64,000 bases of DNA from Eubacteriales bacterium (GCA_045580325.1 JAZNNR010000023.1:6718-70717); one strand, 5' to 3'. Shown: positions 27,905 through 37,526, numbered from the stretch's first letter. Notes: generated by a model not told the origin, from the sequence alone. Translations and numbers: made by a program.

Positions 27905-28075
27905 ATGAAAAGCCTTCCTCCGCGAGGAAGGGGGACCACGAAGTGGTGGAAGGAGTTTTCGATATTCATAAACTCCCTCAGTCGCCTTCGGCGACAGCTC
28001 CCTCAAGAGGGAGCCTTATATTCGCGCAACTTAAGGTGTATGGCTTTGCTCTCTCTGTTTGTATCAAGAGGGTGA
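27905..28075. repeat. Three consecutive GC-rich mini-hairpins in the leader of the GNAT gene
   Basis: ccttcctc-cgc-gaggaagg, gtcgcc-ttc-ggcgac and ctccct-caag-agggag. The small ORFs 27842..28075 and 27886..28089 there are not credible. Confidence 0.65.
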
Positions 28076-28129
28076 AAGCTGCACTATGAAACGGAACAAT
28101 AAATAAGAATTTAACAAGGGTGTATTACT

Positions 28130-28558
28130 TTGGCAGAGATATTATATAAGTATTTGTTACGAGAAAAAAGTGAGATTGATTCTTCACTTTGCATAAAATG
28201 GTTAAGCAAAGAAGAACTTTATGTATTTAACGATCACTTAGAATTGTGTGGCCAAACAGCAATCGATAGCACTAAGTGGTGCAGAATTTTCGGAGAAGGA
28301 ACTATATATGCCGGTTTGTTTGTTGATTCTAGGATGGTAGCACGAGCTTGTGTTGAAAAGTATTCAAATGAAGCGTGGGAAATAGCCGACGTTAGAGTAG
28401 CGCGTGAGTTTCGTAATAAAGGATTGGCCTATAATGTGTGTTTATATGTTTTGGACTATATCCTAAAAAACAAAAGAACCCCAACCATTAGAACCGAAGA
28501 GGATAACTATCCTATGCAAAAAGTTATTTTAAAATTGGGGTTTACTTCTGAAATATAA
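28130..28558 (+). CDS. GNAT-family N-acetyltransferase (start uncertain)
   Basis: ARACVEKYSNEAWEIADVRVAREFRNKGLAYNV is an acetyl-CoA-binding motif A-like R/Q-x-x-G-x-A. AT-rich. TTG start with only a weak SD. Confidence 0.7.
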   Translation: MAEILYKYLLREKSEIDSSLCIKWLSKEELYVFNDHLELCGQTAIDSTKWCRIFGEGTIYAGLFVDSRMVARACVEKYSNEAWEIADVRVAREFRNKGLAYNVCLYVLDYILKNKRTPTIRTEEDNYPMQKVILKLGFTSEI

Positions 28559-28610
28559 AATTAGTATTTATAATGTGATGTGCTAAAAAATCGATTTATC
28601 AAGCAATAAA

Positions 28611-28650
28611 ACAAACACCAACAGATTTTAAAATCTGTCGGTGTTTTACT
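28611..28650. repeat. Cassette-closing hairpin T1 (terminator-like), same family as 45404..45437
   Basis: caccaacagatt-ttaa-aatctgtcggtg followed by ttttactt. It ends about 10 nt from the stop codon of the convergent nifS-like gene. Confidence 0.8.
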
Positions 28651-28658
28651 TTACAATT

Positions 28659-29831
28659 TTACCCAATCTTAACAAGTGTCCGTACCGCCTCGCCGATCAT
28701 TTCTGCTGTGTAGCGGATATCGTCCTCGCTCACCTTGTCCGAAAGACTTATGCGGAGCGTGCAGTCGGTGTCGAGATCGGAGAGCCCGTAGGCTACAAGC
28801 ACGTGGCTCTTGTGGCGTCCGTTTGAAGCGCAAGCCGAGCCGCTTGATACGTAGATCCCTTTGCCCGAGAGAAAATGAAGCGCCGTTTCGCTCTTTATCG
28901 CGGGAAGAGTAATGCTTACTATGTGGGGTGCGTGCATTTCGGGTCGGTTGACCTTGACCGAGTCGGGAAGAAGGGAAATAAGAAGCTCGGAAAGTTCGCT
29001 CGTTTTCTCGATAAAGCTCGAGAGCTTTTCCTTGTTGTACTGAGCTGCCGCGCCGAGTGCAGCTATGCCGAGGACGTTCTCTGTGCCCGACCTGAAGTTG
29101 CCCTCCTGACCACCGCCGAGGATAATGGGCACGAGCTTCTTTGTCTTTATGACGTCGCCCGAAACAATAAGCGCGCCCACACCCTTGGGTGCGTTTATTT
29201 TGTGTCCGCTGACAGTTATAAGGTCGGCTTTGAGCGCTCGGAAATTCACGTTTGTTTTAAGAAAAGCCTGAACGGCATCGGTATGAGTAACCGTAGCGGG
29301 ATTTATGCGTTTTACCGTGTCAAACGCATTTTTTACGTCATAAATCGCGCCTGTTTCGTTGTTTACGCTCATTATTGACACCAAAACGGTGCGCTCGCAT
29401 ACAATAGAAGATAGGTAGGAAATATCTATTTTTCCGCCTGCGGTAGAGAGCTTTATGACCTCTGCAAGACCGTCCTTTTCAAGCGAGGTTATAGGCTCGA
29501 GCAGGGAAGGATGCTCGCTGTCGGTCGTTATTATCTGCGGTAAAAATTTGAAATTCTTTGCGCGTATCACACCGAAAACGGCGAGATTGTTCGCTTCGCT
29601 TCCGCCCGAGGTGAAAATCACCCTGCGCGTGCGGTCGGCAGAAAGTCCGAGTGCTGAAAGCAGACGGCTTCGTGCATCGTCGATAAGCTTGTGAGCTTCA
29701 AGACCGAGCGCGTGAAGCGAAGAGGGGTTTGCGTAGTTTTTTATAGCTTTGTTTATCGCTTCCACAGCTACGTCGCATAGCGGAGTGGTAGCGCTGTTGT
29801 CAAGATATATTTCGCGTTCCAATGGGGACAT
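28659..29831 (-). CDS. Cysteine desulfurase (NifS/IscS class V aminotransferase)
   Basis: IYLDNSATTP, SGHKINAPKGVGAL (PLP lysine) and SSGSACAS (active-site Cys loop). Confidence 0.9.
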   Translation of the reverse strand: MSPLEREIYLDNSATTPLCDVAVEAINKAIKNYANPSSLHALGLEAHKLIDDARSRLLSALGLSADRTRRVIFTSGGSEANNLAVFGVIRAKNFKFLPQIITTDSEHPSLLEPITSLEKDGLAEVIKLSTAGGKIDISYLSSIVCERTVLVSIMSVNNETGAIYDVKNAFDTVKRINPATVTHTDAVQAFLKTNVNFRALKADLITVSGHKINAPKGVGALIVSGDVIKTKKLVPIILGGGQEGNFRSGTENVLGIAALGAAAQYNKEKLSSFIEKTSELSELLISLLPDSVKVNRPEMHAPHIVSITLPAIKSETALHFLSGKGIYVSSGSACASNGRHKSHVLVAYGLSDLDTDCTLRISLSDKVSEDDIRYTAEMIGEAVRTLVKIG

Positions 29832-29843
29832 TTCCTTTCGGGA

Positions 29844-30416
29844 TTATTTGAACTCAAAGAATTTAAGTATAGTTTCGATCTCGGTGTCGTGTCTTGAATA
29901 AAGATCGGGAGTCGAGGTGTAGGTGAATATATAGAACACGTTGTCCTTTTTGATGATTATCTGCATATAACAGAGATCAATTCCCGCAACCTTGCCGCTG
30001 TATTCGTATTTCTTTGCGGCTTTTTCGTTTATAAGGGTGTTTTCGCCTGCGTTTGTGAGTGTGAAGCTCGATTTTTCCTCGCCTGTTTCGCTGTCCTTGA
30101 CCTTGTCAAAAACTCGGTTTTCAAGCTCCTTTGAGTAATACTCCCAGTAGCTTTCGATGGTTTCGTACTGATTTTCAACGTCGGCGTATCCTATCATAGT
30201 AACGTTGCTCGAGTCGTTTTCGGAAACACGCGCAGATGCCATAAGGTCGGTGTCAGAGGTGTTTACGATCCACTCGTCAGGTACATAAAGATAGAAATCA
30301 TTCGCTTTTCCTGCGGCATTTTTCATTCCGACAGGAGCCTCACCCACTTCGCGTGAGCAGGAAACAAAGGTCAAAAGAGTAACGAGTATAAGGAGAGTAG
30401 ATAAAATCTTTTTCAT
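29844..30416 (-). CDS. Lipoprotein, function unknown
   Basis: MKKILSTLLILVTLLTFVSC lipobox signal peptide. 190 aa. Confidence 0.65.
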   Translation of the reverse strand: MKKILSTLLILVTLLTFVSCSREVGEAPVGMKNAAGKANDFYLYVPDEWIVNTSDTDLMASARVSENDSSNVTMIGYADVENQYETIESYWEYYSKELENRVFDKVKDSETGEEKSSFTLTNAGENTLINEKAAKKYEYSGKVAGIDLCYMQIIIKKDNVFYIFTYTSTPDLYSRHDTEIETILKFFEFK

Positions 30417-30594
30417 TGAAAATAAGTCCTTCCGTTTGGGTTTAAGTAGAGTGTGGATTTAAATCCTTACTATTTTAACACACAACTATGTCAAAATCAA
30501 GTACAGATGGTAAAATACTTTAAAAAAGCTTTAATAATATCTTGTTTTATATACAAATATGATAAAATTTTCTTATTCTTTAATACAAAATCGG

Positions 30595-30623
30595 TTGACA
30601 AAAGAAATGCTGTCTGTTATAAT
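30595..30623 (+). promoter_or_regulatory. Sigma-70-type promoter of the LbH-glmM operon
   Basis: TTGACA, 17-nt spacer, TATAAT, with TGT upstream of the -10. Confidence 0.65.
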
Positions 30624-30665
30624 TACAATGAATGTTTATATCTAAACGAGAGGAAGGAAAGCGCA

Positions 30666-31361
30666 ATGATTAACGAAAAAGAGAAGTTATGTCCTACCAC
30701 GGCTGAGCTTATAGATTTTAGTCATACCCTTGCCTGCGATATGCTTGCAAAATGTAAATATCCTTGGGAAGCTCTTCCTAAGATCAAAGAATGTATAACA
30801 AAGCTTATCGAAACTCTCGATAAGGATAAATATATCGAAATTTCAAAAGACGTCTGGGTGGCTAAAAGCGCATCTGTCGCCCCCAGCGCTATGATAGTCG
30901 GTCCGACAATAATCTGCGAAAACGCCGAGATCAGACACTGTGCGTACATACGCGGAAGCGTGCTTGTCGGAGAAGGTGCGGTCGTAGGTAATTCCTGCGA
31001 GCTTAAAAACGCGATAATTTCTGACCTGGCGCAGATACCGCACTATAATTACGTCGGAGATTCTATACTCGGGTACAAGGCACATATGGGCGCGGGTGCA
31101 GTTGCATCTAATTTCCGCCTTGACAAAAAGAACATAAACGTCGGACGCGGAGAAGATAAAATATCGACAGGACTTCGCAAAATGGGAGTTATTCTCGGGG
31201 ATTTCTCCGAGGTCGGCTGTAACTCGGTGCTCTATCCGGGAACGGTTATCGGAAGAAGATGCCTTGTATATCCTCTTACAGGAGTGCGCGGTATCGTTTA
31301 CGAGGATAGCATTGTAAAATCAAACAGCGAAACGATACACAGAAAGACAGAAGATAACTGA
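30666..31361 (+). CDS. Left-handed beta-helix (hexapeptide-repeat) transferase resembling the GlmU C-terminal acetyltransferase domain
   Basis: Hexapeptide repeats (IGPTIICENAEIRHCAYIRGSVLVGEGAVVGNSCELKNAII...). GAGGAAGGA SD before the ATG at 30666. The upstream 71 codons of the track ORF cover the promoter. Confidence 0.7.
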   Translation: MINEKEKLCPTTAELIDFSHTLACDMLAKCKYPWEALPKIKECITKLIETLDKDKYIEISKDVWVAKSASVAPSAMIVGPTIICENAEIRHCAYIRGSVLVGEGAVVGNSCELKNAIISDLAQIPHYNYVGDSILGYKAHMGAGAVASNFRLDKKNINVGRGEDKISTGLRKMGVILGDFSEVGCNSVLYPGTVIGRRCLVYPLTGVRGIVYEDSIVKSNSETIHRKTEDN

Positions 31362-31377
31362 AGGGAGCGATAGATAA

Positions 31378-32742
31378 ATGGGAAAGTATTTCGGTACGGA
31401 CGGCTTCAGAGGAGAAGCAAACGTTACCCTTACTGCCGATCACGCTTATAAAATAGGCAGATTTCTCGGCAGATATTATGCAAAAGACGGTAAAAAATGC
31501 CGTGCCGTGATCGGAAAAGATCCGCGACGCTCAAGCTATATGTTTGAATATTCGATAGTTGCGGGACTTACAGCATCGGGAGCGGACGTTTATATGCTTC
31601 ACGTTATTACGACACCCGGTGTTTCTTACGTAACGAGAGTTGATGAATTTGACCTCGGAATAATGATCTCTGCAAGCCATAACCCATATAACGATAACGG
31701 AATAAAGCTGATAAACTCGCGCGGCGAAAAAATGGAAGACGAGGTTATAGATCTTCTTGAAGCTTATCTCGACGGAGATGCGGGCGATCTCGGCGAAAAC
31801 GGCGAGCTACCTTTTGCAAAGGATAATGATATCGGCAAGATAGTTGACTATATGTCGGGCAGAAACCGCTACGTTGGGTATCTTATATCACTTGCATCGC
31901 ACTCTTACCGTACTGCATATGTAGGTCTTGACTGTGCAAACGGAAGTTCTTGGATGATAGCCAAGAGTATATTTGAAGCTCTCGGCGCAAAAACATTCGT
32001 TATCAATGCAGAACCCAGCGGTACGAATATCAACGTAAACGCAGGTTCTACACACATTGAGGTGCTTCAGAAGGCTGTTGTTGAAAACGGTCTTGATATA
32101 GGCTTTGCTTATGACGGAGATGCAGACCGCTGTATAGCAGTTGACGAAAAGGGAAACGTTATAACGGGCGACCATATTCTTTACATACTCGGTAAACGCT
32201 TTGCCGCAGACGGTAAGCTTTACGGAAACACGGTCGTTACAACCGTTATGTCGAACTTCGGACTGTATAAAGCCTTTGACGAGCTTGGAATTTCCTACGA
32301 GAAGACAGCCGTTGGCGACAAGTACGTTTACGAATGTATGGCTGAAAAGGGATACAGACTCGGCGGAGAGCAGAGCGGACATATTATAATGAGCAAATAT
32401 GCGACTACGGGCGACGGAATTCTTACCTCTATAATGCTTATGGAAACGCTTCTTGAAAGTAAGCTTCCCGCAAGTAAGCTTTCGGAGGGCTTTACCGTAT
32501 ATCCGCAGGTGCTTAAGAATATAAGAGTAACTGATCTTAGTGCGGCAGTAAATGACAGTGCCGTTAAAGATAAAATCGCGCAGATCGAGGAAAAGCTCGG
32601 AAGCAGCGGACGTGTGCTTGTACGTAAGAGCGGAACAGAACCCCTTATCCGCATAATGGTAGAAGCAGACGAACAAGAAAAATGTAATCTGTATGTAGAT
32701 GAAATTATCGAAACTATCGTGTCAAGAGGCTACGGACTTTAA
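31378..32742 (+). CDS. glmM: Phosphoglucosamine mutase
   Basis: MGKYFGTDGFRG, SASHNPYNDNGIK (active-site Ser), FAYDGDADR and GGEQSGH motifs. Confidence 0.95.
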   Translation: MGKYFGTDGFRGEANVTLTADHAYKIGRFLGRYYAKDGKKCRAVIGKDPRRSSYMFEYSIVAGLTASGADVYMLHVITTPGVSYVTRVDEFDLGIMISASHNPYNDNGIKLINSRGEKMEDEVIDLLEAYLDGDAGDLGENGELPFAKDNDIGKIVDYMSGRNRYVGYLISLASHSYRTAYVGLDCANGSSWMIAKSIFEALGAKTFVINAEPSGTNINVNAGSTHIEVLQKAVVENGLDIGFAYDGDADRCIAVDEKGNVITGDHILYILGKRFAADGKLYGNTVVTTVMSNFGLYKAFDELGISYEKTAVGDKYVYECMAEKGYRLGGEQSGHIIMSKYATTGDGILTSIMLMETLLESKLPASKLSEGFTVYPQVLKNIRVTDLSAAVNDSAVKDKIAQIEEKLGSSGRVLVRKSGTEPLIRIMVEADEQEKCNLYVDEIIETIVSRGYGL

Positions 32743-32759
32743 TAGGTAAGTAGCCTTGC

Positions 32760-32915
32760 GGCACAAAGATAAGCGCCAGACCGTCTGAAAGGCGGTTGAC
32801 GAGGTGGAAGAAGAATCGAGATGTTCGGCGGATGTCTTCCCGCGTGTTCCGACGCGTACATAGACAGTAAAAACAGGGGTAACCGTGCAACAAAGGGTCT
32901 ATGACGGAGTTTTGA
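32760..32915 (+). promoter_or_regulatory. glmS ribozyme (GlcN6P-responsive riboswitch)
   Basis: AAGCGCCAGA...GACGAGGTGGAAGAAGAATCGAGATGTTCGGCGGATGTCTTCCCG matches the conserved glmS core (A/GCGCC cleavage site at 32772/32773; GACGAGG; UUCGGCGGAUG). Lies directly upstream of glmS. Confidence 0.85.
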
Positions 32916-33011
32916 AAATAATTTTTTATCAAACTGAAAGGAAAATATATTGTTTCTCGGCCTGTTTTAAGGGGTTAGGGCTGTAAGAGATAATATAACG
33001 ACATATTATAA

Positions 33012-34853
33012 ATGTGTGGAATAATAGGATGCACAGGAGAACTTAAAGCGATAGATGTTCTCACAGGCGGACTTCGTGCGCTTGAATATCGCGGATACGA
33101 CTCGGCAGGGATAGCATTTTTTAATGCCGATTCGAACATAGTAACTGTCAAAGCGTCGGGAAAAATCAAAAATCTCGAAGATAAGCTTGGCATTATGGCA
33201 GAGGGCGAAAAAACCTCTTTTTGCGGAATTGGCCATACCCGTTGGGCAACTCACGGAGAGCCGTCCGAGAGAAACGCACACCCTCACGGAAATGAAAGGG
33301 TGCAGATAGTACATAACGGAATAATAGAAAATTACAGAGAACTCACAGAGATGCTTGTGGCTAATGGATACACCCTTAAGTCGGAAACAGACACCGAGGT
33401 AGCGGCTCTTGTAATAGACTTCTGCTATAAAAAGCAGGGAAACGATCCGATAAAGGCTCTTAAAGAAGTACGCACAATGCTTGAGGGATCGTACGCTATC
33501 GGCGCGATCTTCAGCGACAGAGCAGGAGAAATATATTCTATGCGTAAGGACAATCCGCTCATAATAGGCGTAGGAGATAACGAAAGCTTTATAGCCTCGG
33601 ATATTACGGCAATACTTCCTTATACGAAGAAGTATATACGTCTTTCCGAAACAGAAATAGCGCGTCTTGCGGGTAACGTAATAACAGTTTTTGATGAAAA
33701 CGAAAATATTTGCCAAAAGCAGACCGAAACTGCACTTTGGGACGTAAGCGCTGCACAAAGAGGCGGATATCCGCACTTTATGATAAAAGAGATATATGAA
33801 GAGCCCGAGGTGCTTACAAAGACACTCGCTCCGCGTATCTCCGCAGACGGACTTCCGATGTTTGAAAGCGAAAATATCGACGTAAAGCGTCTTGCGACTG
33901 CTAGAAGAATAATAATCACCGCCTGCGGAACTGCGATGCACGCAGGCTTTATGGCAAAATATTTCATAGAAAAATATGTGCGTACTCCCGTAAACGTAGA
34001 GATAGCCTCTGAAATGCGCTATGCCGATATGATAATCGACGAAAAGGACGCTGTTATCGTAATTTCTCAGTCGGGCGAAACGGCAGATACTCTTGCCGCA
34101 CTCAGACTTGCAAAAGAAAAGGGCGCATTCGTTACCTCTGTTGTAAACGTCGTAGGCTCTACGATAGCGCGCGAATCTGACGCAGTCGTTTATACTTGGG
34201 CAGGCCCCGAAATTGCGGTTGCAAGCACGAAGGCTTACGTTGTGCAGTCTGCGCTTATGGCGCTTCTCGCGTTTGCTATGGCACTTGAAAAGGGAACTAT
34301 GAAAGAGAGCGACGCGAAAGCGCTTATAGATAAGCTTCTCCATACTCTTCCTGCCGATATTAAGCACATACTCGATATGAGAGATGAAATATATGAGTCT
34401 GTTGAGTTTTTCGCAGATAAAAAAGACCTTTTCTGTGTCGGACGCGGAATAGACTACTATGCGGCAATAGAAGCATCTCTTAAAATAAAAGAGGTATCTT
34501 ATATTCATAGCGAAGCGTATGCGGCAGGCGAAATGAAGCACGGTACGATCTCACTTATCGAAAAGGGAACACCCGTTATAGTCATTTCTACCGATAAAAA
34601 CGTCCGTCAGAAGATCGTAGGTAATATTCGCGAGCTTGCATCAAGAGGAGCTTATATCATATCTCTTACAACACCAAACGAGGAGATTGCAGCCGTATCG
34701 GATAAGGTTATAAATCTTCCCTGCGAAAGCGAAGAATTTCTCCCGATTGCAGTAGCATCCCTTCTCCAGCTTATTGCATACAGAACGGCAATACTTAAAG
34801 GCTGCGACGTTGACTGCCCTCGAAATCTCGCAAAATCTGTAACCGTTGAATAA
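33012..34853 (+). CDS. glmS: Glutamine--fructose-6-phosphate aminotransferase
   Basis: MCGIIG N-terminal nucleophile, HTRWATHG, two SIS domains, C-terminal ...NLAKSVTVE. Confidence 0.95.
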   Translation: MCGIIGCTGELKAIDVLTGGLRALEYRGYDSAGIAFFNADSNIVTVKASGKIKNLEDKLGIMAEGEKTSFCGIGHTRWATHGEPSERNAHPHGNERVQIVHNGIIENYRELTEMLVANGYTLKSETDTEVAALVIDFCYKKQGNDPIKALKEVRTMLEGSYAIGAIFSDRAGEIYSMRKDNPLIIGVGDNESFIASDITAILPYTKKYIRLSETEIARLAGNVITVFDENENICQKQTETALWDVSAAQRGGYPHFMIKEIYEEPEVLTKTLAPRISADGLPMFESENIDVKRLATARRIIITACGTAMHAGFMAKYFIEKYVRTPVNVEIASEMRYADMIIDEKDAVIVISQSGETADTLAALRLAKEKGAFVTSVVNVVGSTIARESDAVVYTWAGPEIAVASTKAYVVQSALMALLAFAMALEKGTMKESDAKALIDKLLHTLPADIKHILDMRDEIYESVEFFADKKDLFCVGRGIDYYAAIEASLKIKEVSYIHSEAYAAGEMKHGTISLIEKGTPVIVISTDKNVRQKIVGNIRELASRGAYIISLTTPNEEIAAVSDKVINLPCESEEFLPIAVASLLQLIAYRTAILKGCDVDCPRNLAKSVTVE

Positions 34854-34859
34854 AAAATA

Positions 34860-34895
34860 TGACCACCGATACAATATGTGCGGTGGTCACTGCTT
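34860..34895 (+). terminator. Terminator after glmS
   Basis: tgaccaccg / cggtggtca stem, then ctgcttttt. Confidence 0.65.
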
Positions 34896-34990
34896 TTTCA
34901 CTTGACGAAACGAGTATTTTGTGGTAAAATTAATAGGTATCTTGATGAGAATTCTTTCCAAAGTGAAATCAAAGAAAGCGGGGGCTGTTA

Positions 34991-35638
34991 ATGTACGAAA
35001 TTATCGGTAAAAATAATTTGTTTTCAGGTCTTTCAAGAGAAGATACTAAATATACGCTCTCCTTTTTTGACGCAAAGCTTGATAGGTATGAAAAGGGCGA
35101 AATACTTGCCCGCGCGGGAGAGCCTCTTACAAGATTCGGTCTTGTTACACGCGGAAACGTTCAGGTCTGTATGGAGGATTTCGACGGGAACAGTATAATA
35201 ATGGCGATAGTTACCCCGGGACATACCTTCGGAGAATCGCTCTGCTTTATCGGAAACGAGTCGCCCGTCAATATATATGCCGTGAGCGACACCGAGCTTC
35301 TTTGGCTGAAAACCGACAAAATAAAGGAGCACGGAAGCGATAAAAGAGATGCTCTGATAAAAGACAGATTTATCTCTATGCTCGCTACGCGCACGCTCGA
35401 AATGAATGACAGAATACAAATTCTTTCAAAAATCAAGCTGCGAGAACGGCTTATCACCTATTTCTCGCAAAACGTTTCAAAATACGGCGAGTCATTTACC
35501 CTGCCGCTTTCAAGAGAGGATATGGCAGCATATCTCGGTACAAACAGAAGCGCGCTCTCGCGCGAACTTGGAAAAATGCGCGACGAGGGTATAATTGAGT
35601 TTAGCCGTAACAGTTTTAAAATAAAGCATAGAATATAA
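34991..35638 (+). CDS. Crp/Fnr-family transcriptional regulator
   Basis: cNMP-binding-like N-terminal domain and a C-terminal HTH (REDMAAYLGTNRSALSRELGKMRDEGII). Confidence 0.85.
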   Translation: MYEIIGKNNLFSGLSREDTKYTLSFFDAKLDRYEKGEILARAGEPLTRFGLVTRGNVQVCMEDFDGNSIIMAIVTPGHTFGESLCFIGNESPVNIYAVSDTELLWLKTDKIKEHGSDKRDALIKDRFISMLATRTLEMNDRIQILSKIKLRERLITYFSQNVSKYGESFTLPLSREDMAAYLGTNRSALSRELGKMRDEGIIEFSRNSFKIKHRI

Positions 35639-35645
35639 AAAACAC

Positions 35646-35676
35646 AAATCACGTTGCAAATGCAACGTGATTTTGC
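35646..35676 (+). terminator. Terminator after the Crp-family gene
   Basis: 13-bp stem aaatcacgttgca / tgcaacgtgattt followed by T residues. Confidence 0.7.
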
Positions 35677-35733
35677 TTGTGTATGGGATATAATATATAC
35701 AAAGAATAAAACAATAAGAAAGGGAAAATTCCT

Positions 35734-36756
35734 ATGAAAAAACTTACAAAACTTACAGCACTTTTACTTGTCGTTGCCACAATGCTTTTTAGCTTTGCGG
35801 CGTGCGTAAACGACGGGGACAAAGATAATAACAATGATGGCGATGACAAAGTAACCGAGGTCAAGATAGCAACACTTAACGGTCCTACAACGATCGGTGT
35901 TCTCGGGATTCTTAAAGGCGACGTTACAAAAGACAGCACGAATAAGTATACCTACGATCAGATCTATGCGTCTGCTGACGCTTTTGCTCCCGCACTTCTC
36001 AAAAACGAGATAAATGCGGCGATAATTCCCGCAAATGCGGCGGCAACACTGTATAAAAACAGCGGCGGAAAAATTCAGGTTGCGGCTGTAAATAACCTCG
36101 GCGTTCTCTATATTCTTGAAAAAGGGAACACCGTAAACAGCGTTGCAGACCTTGAAGGCAAGACTATCGTTGCCACAGGCGCAGGTACTACACCTCAGTA
36201 TTCCCTCGAATACATTTTAAAGGCAAACGGACTTAAAGTTGGCGAAGACGTGAGCATTGAATATAAGAGCGAGGCTTCGGAGGTTCTCGCGGCACTCAAG
36301 CAGGGCAAAGCAGATATAGCTATGCTTCCTCAGCCTGCGGCTACAAAGGCGACAAAGGCAGTTGAGGGTGTAAGGATCGCGCTTGACCTTAACGCCGAGT
36401 GGACAAAGACGGGTGAGGGCGCTTCTCTCGTTACAGGTGTTCTCGTTGTAAACACTAAGTTTGCAAAAGAAAATCCCAAGGCGGTCGAAACGCTCCTTAA
36501 GGACTACGAAGCGTCCTGCAAGCTTGTAAGCGATAACCTTGATAAGATCGCCGAGTACGTTGTAGAATTCGGCATCGGCGGAATCGATAACGCAGGACTT
36601 GCAAAGATAGCAGTACCTCTTTGCAATATAAAATTTATGTCAGGAGCAGAAATGAAGAAGGCGGTAAGCGGATATCTTAAGGTCCTCTTCGACTCCAACC
36701 CCGCATCTGTCGGCGGCGAGCTGCCCTCTGACAGCTTCTACTACACAGTAAAATGA
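35734..36756 (+). CDS. ABC transporter substrate-binding lipoprotein (NMT1/SsuA/TauA-like)
   Basis: Lipobox LFSFAAC. Periplasmic-binding fold of the NitT/TauT family. Sits in an operon with the permease and ATPase. Confidence 0.75.
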   Translation: MKKLTKLTALLLVVATMLFSFAACVNDGDKDNNNDGDDKVTEVKIATLNGPTTIGVLGILKGDVTKDSTNKYTYDQIYASADAFAPALLKNEINAAIIPANAAATLYKNSGGKIQVAAVNNLGVLYILEKGNTVNSVADLEGKTIVATGAGTTPQYSLEYILKANGLKVGEDVSIEYKSEASEVLAALKQGKADIAMLPQPAATKATKAVEGVRIALDLNAEWTKTGEGASLVTGVLVVNTKFAKENPKAVETLLKDYEASCKLVSDNLDKIAEYVVEFGIGGIDNAGLAKIAVPLCNIKFMSGAEMKKAVSGYLKVLFDSNPASVGGELPSDSFYYTVK

Positions 36757-37526
36757 AAAACAAGATAAATAAGCATAAAAAAGCCATATACACTACTCTC
36801 GCGGTAGTGTTTTGGCTTATTTTGTGGCAAGTAGCGGCGATGATATACGGAATGGATTTTATCCTTCCGTCCCCGATAAAAACCTTTCTGGTACTGCTTG
36901 AAAATATAGTAAATCTGTCATTTTGGTCAGCCGTTTTTTTCAGTATAAGCAGAATACTTCTCGGATTTCTTCTCTCGGCAGCGCTTGGTATTTTCCTTGC
37001 TGTCGTCAGTATAAGGATCAAGGCAGTCAGGATACTTTTCGACCCGTTTTGCTCGGTTATGAGAGCGGTTCCCGTGGCAAGCTTTATAATTTTCGTGCTG
37101 ATACTTTTCTCGTCCGAAAACGTGTCGCTCGTAATAGCCTTTCTGATGGGATTTCCTCTCGTTTATTCGACCGTTTCGCTCGGAGTTGACTCGACGTCCG
37201 AAAAGCTGCTCGAGGCGGCGGACATTTTCAGACTCGGCTTTTTCGAAAAGCTCAGATATATCTATTTTCCGCACCTTTTGCCGCACATCACGAGCGCGCT
37301 TTCGGTATCTGTCGGACTCTGCTTCAAGAGCGGAATCGCGGCAGAGGTAATAGGCTATCCTGTCGGAAGCGTGGGCGCGCAGATGTATATAGCGAAGCTC
37401 GGAATGAATATGCCGACACTCCTTTCATATACCGTTGTGATCGTAATTATATCCACGCTTTGCGAAAAGCTGATAGCATTTCTCTGCAAAAAGCTCCCTC
37501 AAATGAAGGAGGCGAGAGCGAAATGA
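36753..37526 (+). CDS. ABC transporter permease (NitT/TauT family)
   Basis: 6 TM segments and a BPD_transp_1-like EAA loop (LLEAADIFRLGFFEKLRYIYFP). ATGA overlap with the SBP gene. Confidence 0.8.
   Translation: MKNKINKHKKAIYTTLAVVFWLILWQVAAMIYGMDFILPSPIKTFLVLLENIVNLSFWSAVFFSISRILLGFLLSAALGIFLAVVSIRIKAVRILFDPFCSVMRAVPVASFIIFVLILFSSENVSLVIAFLMGFPLVYSTVSLGVDSTSEKLLEAADIFRLGFFEKLRYIYFPHLLPHITSALSVSVGLCFKSGIAAEVIGYPVGSVGAQMYIAKLGMNMPTLLSYTVVIVIISTLCEKLIAFLCKKLPQMKEARAK

Noticed and set aside
27842-28089. Small ORFs (77 and 67 aa) in the GC-hairpin leader, and ORFs 41832..42092 and 41647..41850 over the SRP RNA
   Set aside because: They overlap structured repeats or an RNA gene, lack SD sequences, and have implausible composition.
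30453-30665. Longer N-terminal extensions proposed by the ORF track (30453, 41876, 24245, 51516, 39837, 62564, 37460, 55388, 6621, 56658)
   Set aside because: In each case the extension crosses a promoter, repeat, RNA gene or upstream CDS. A downstream ATG or TTG with a proper SD also matches the conserved family N-terminus.
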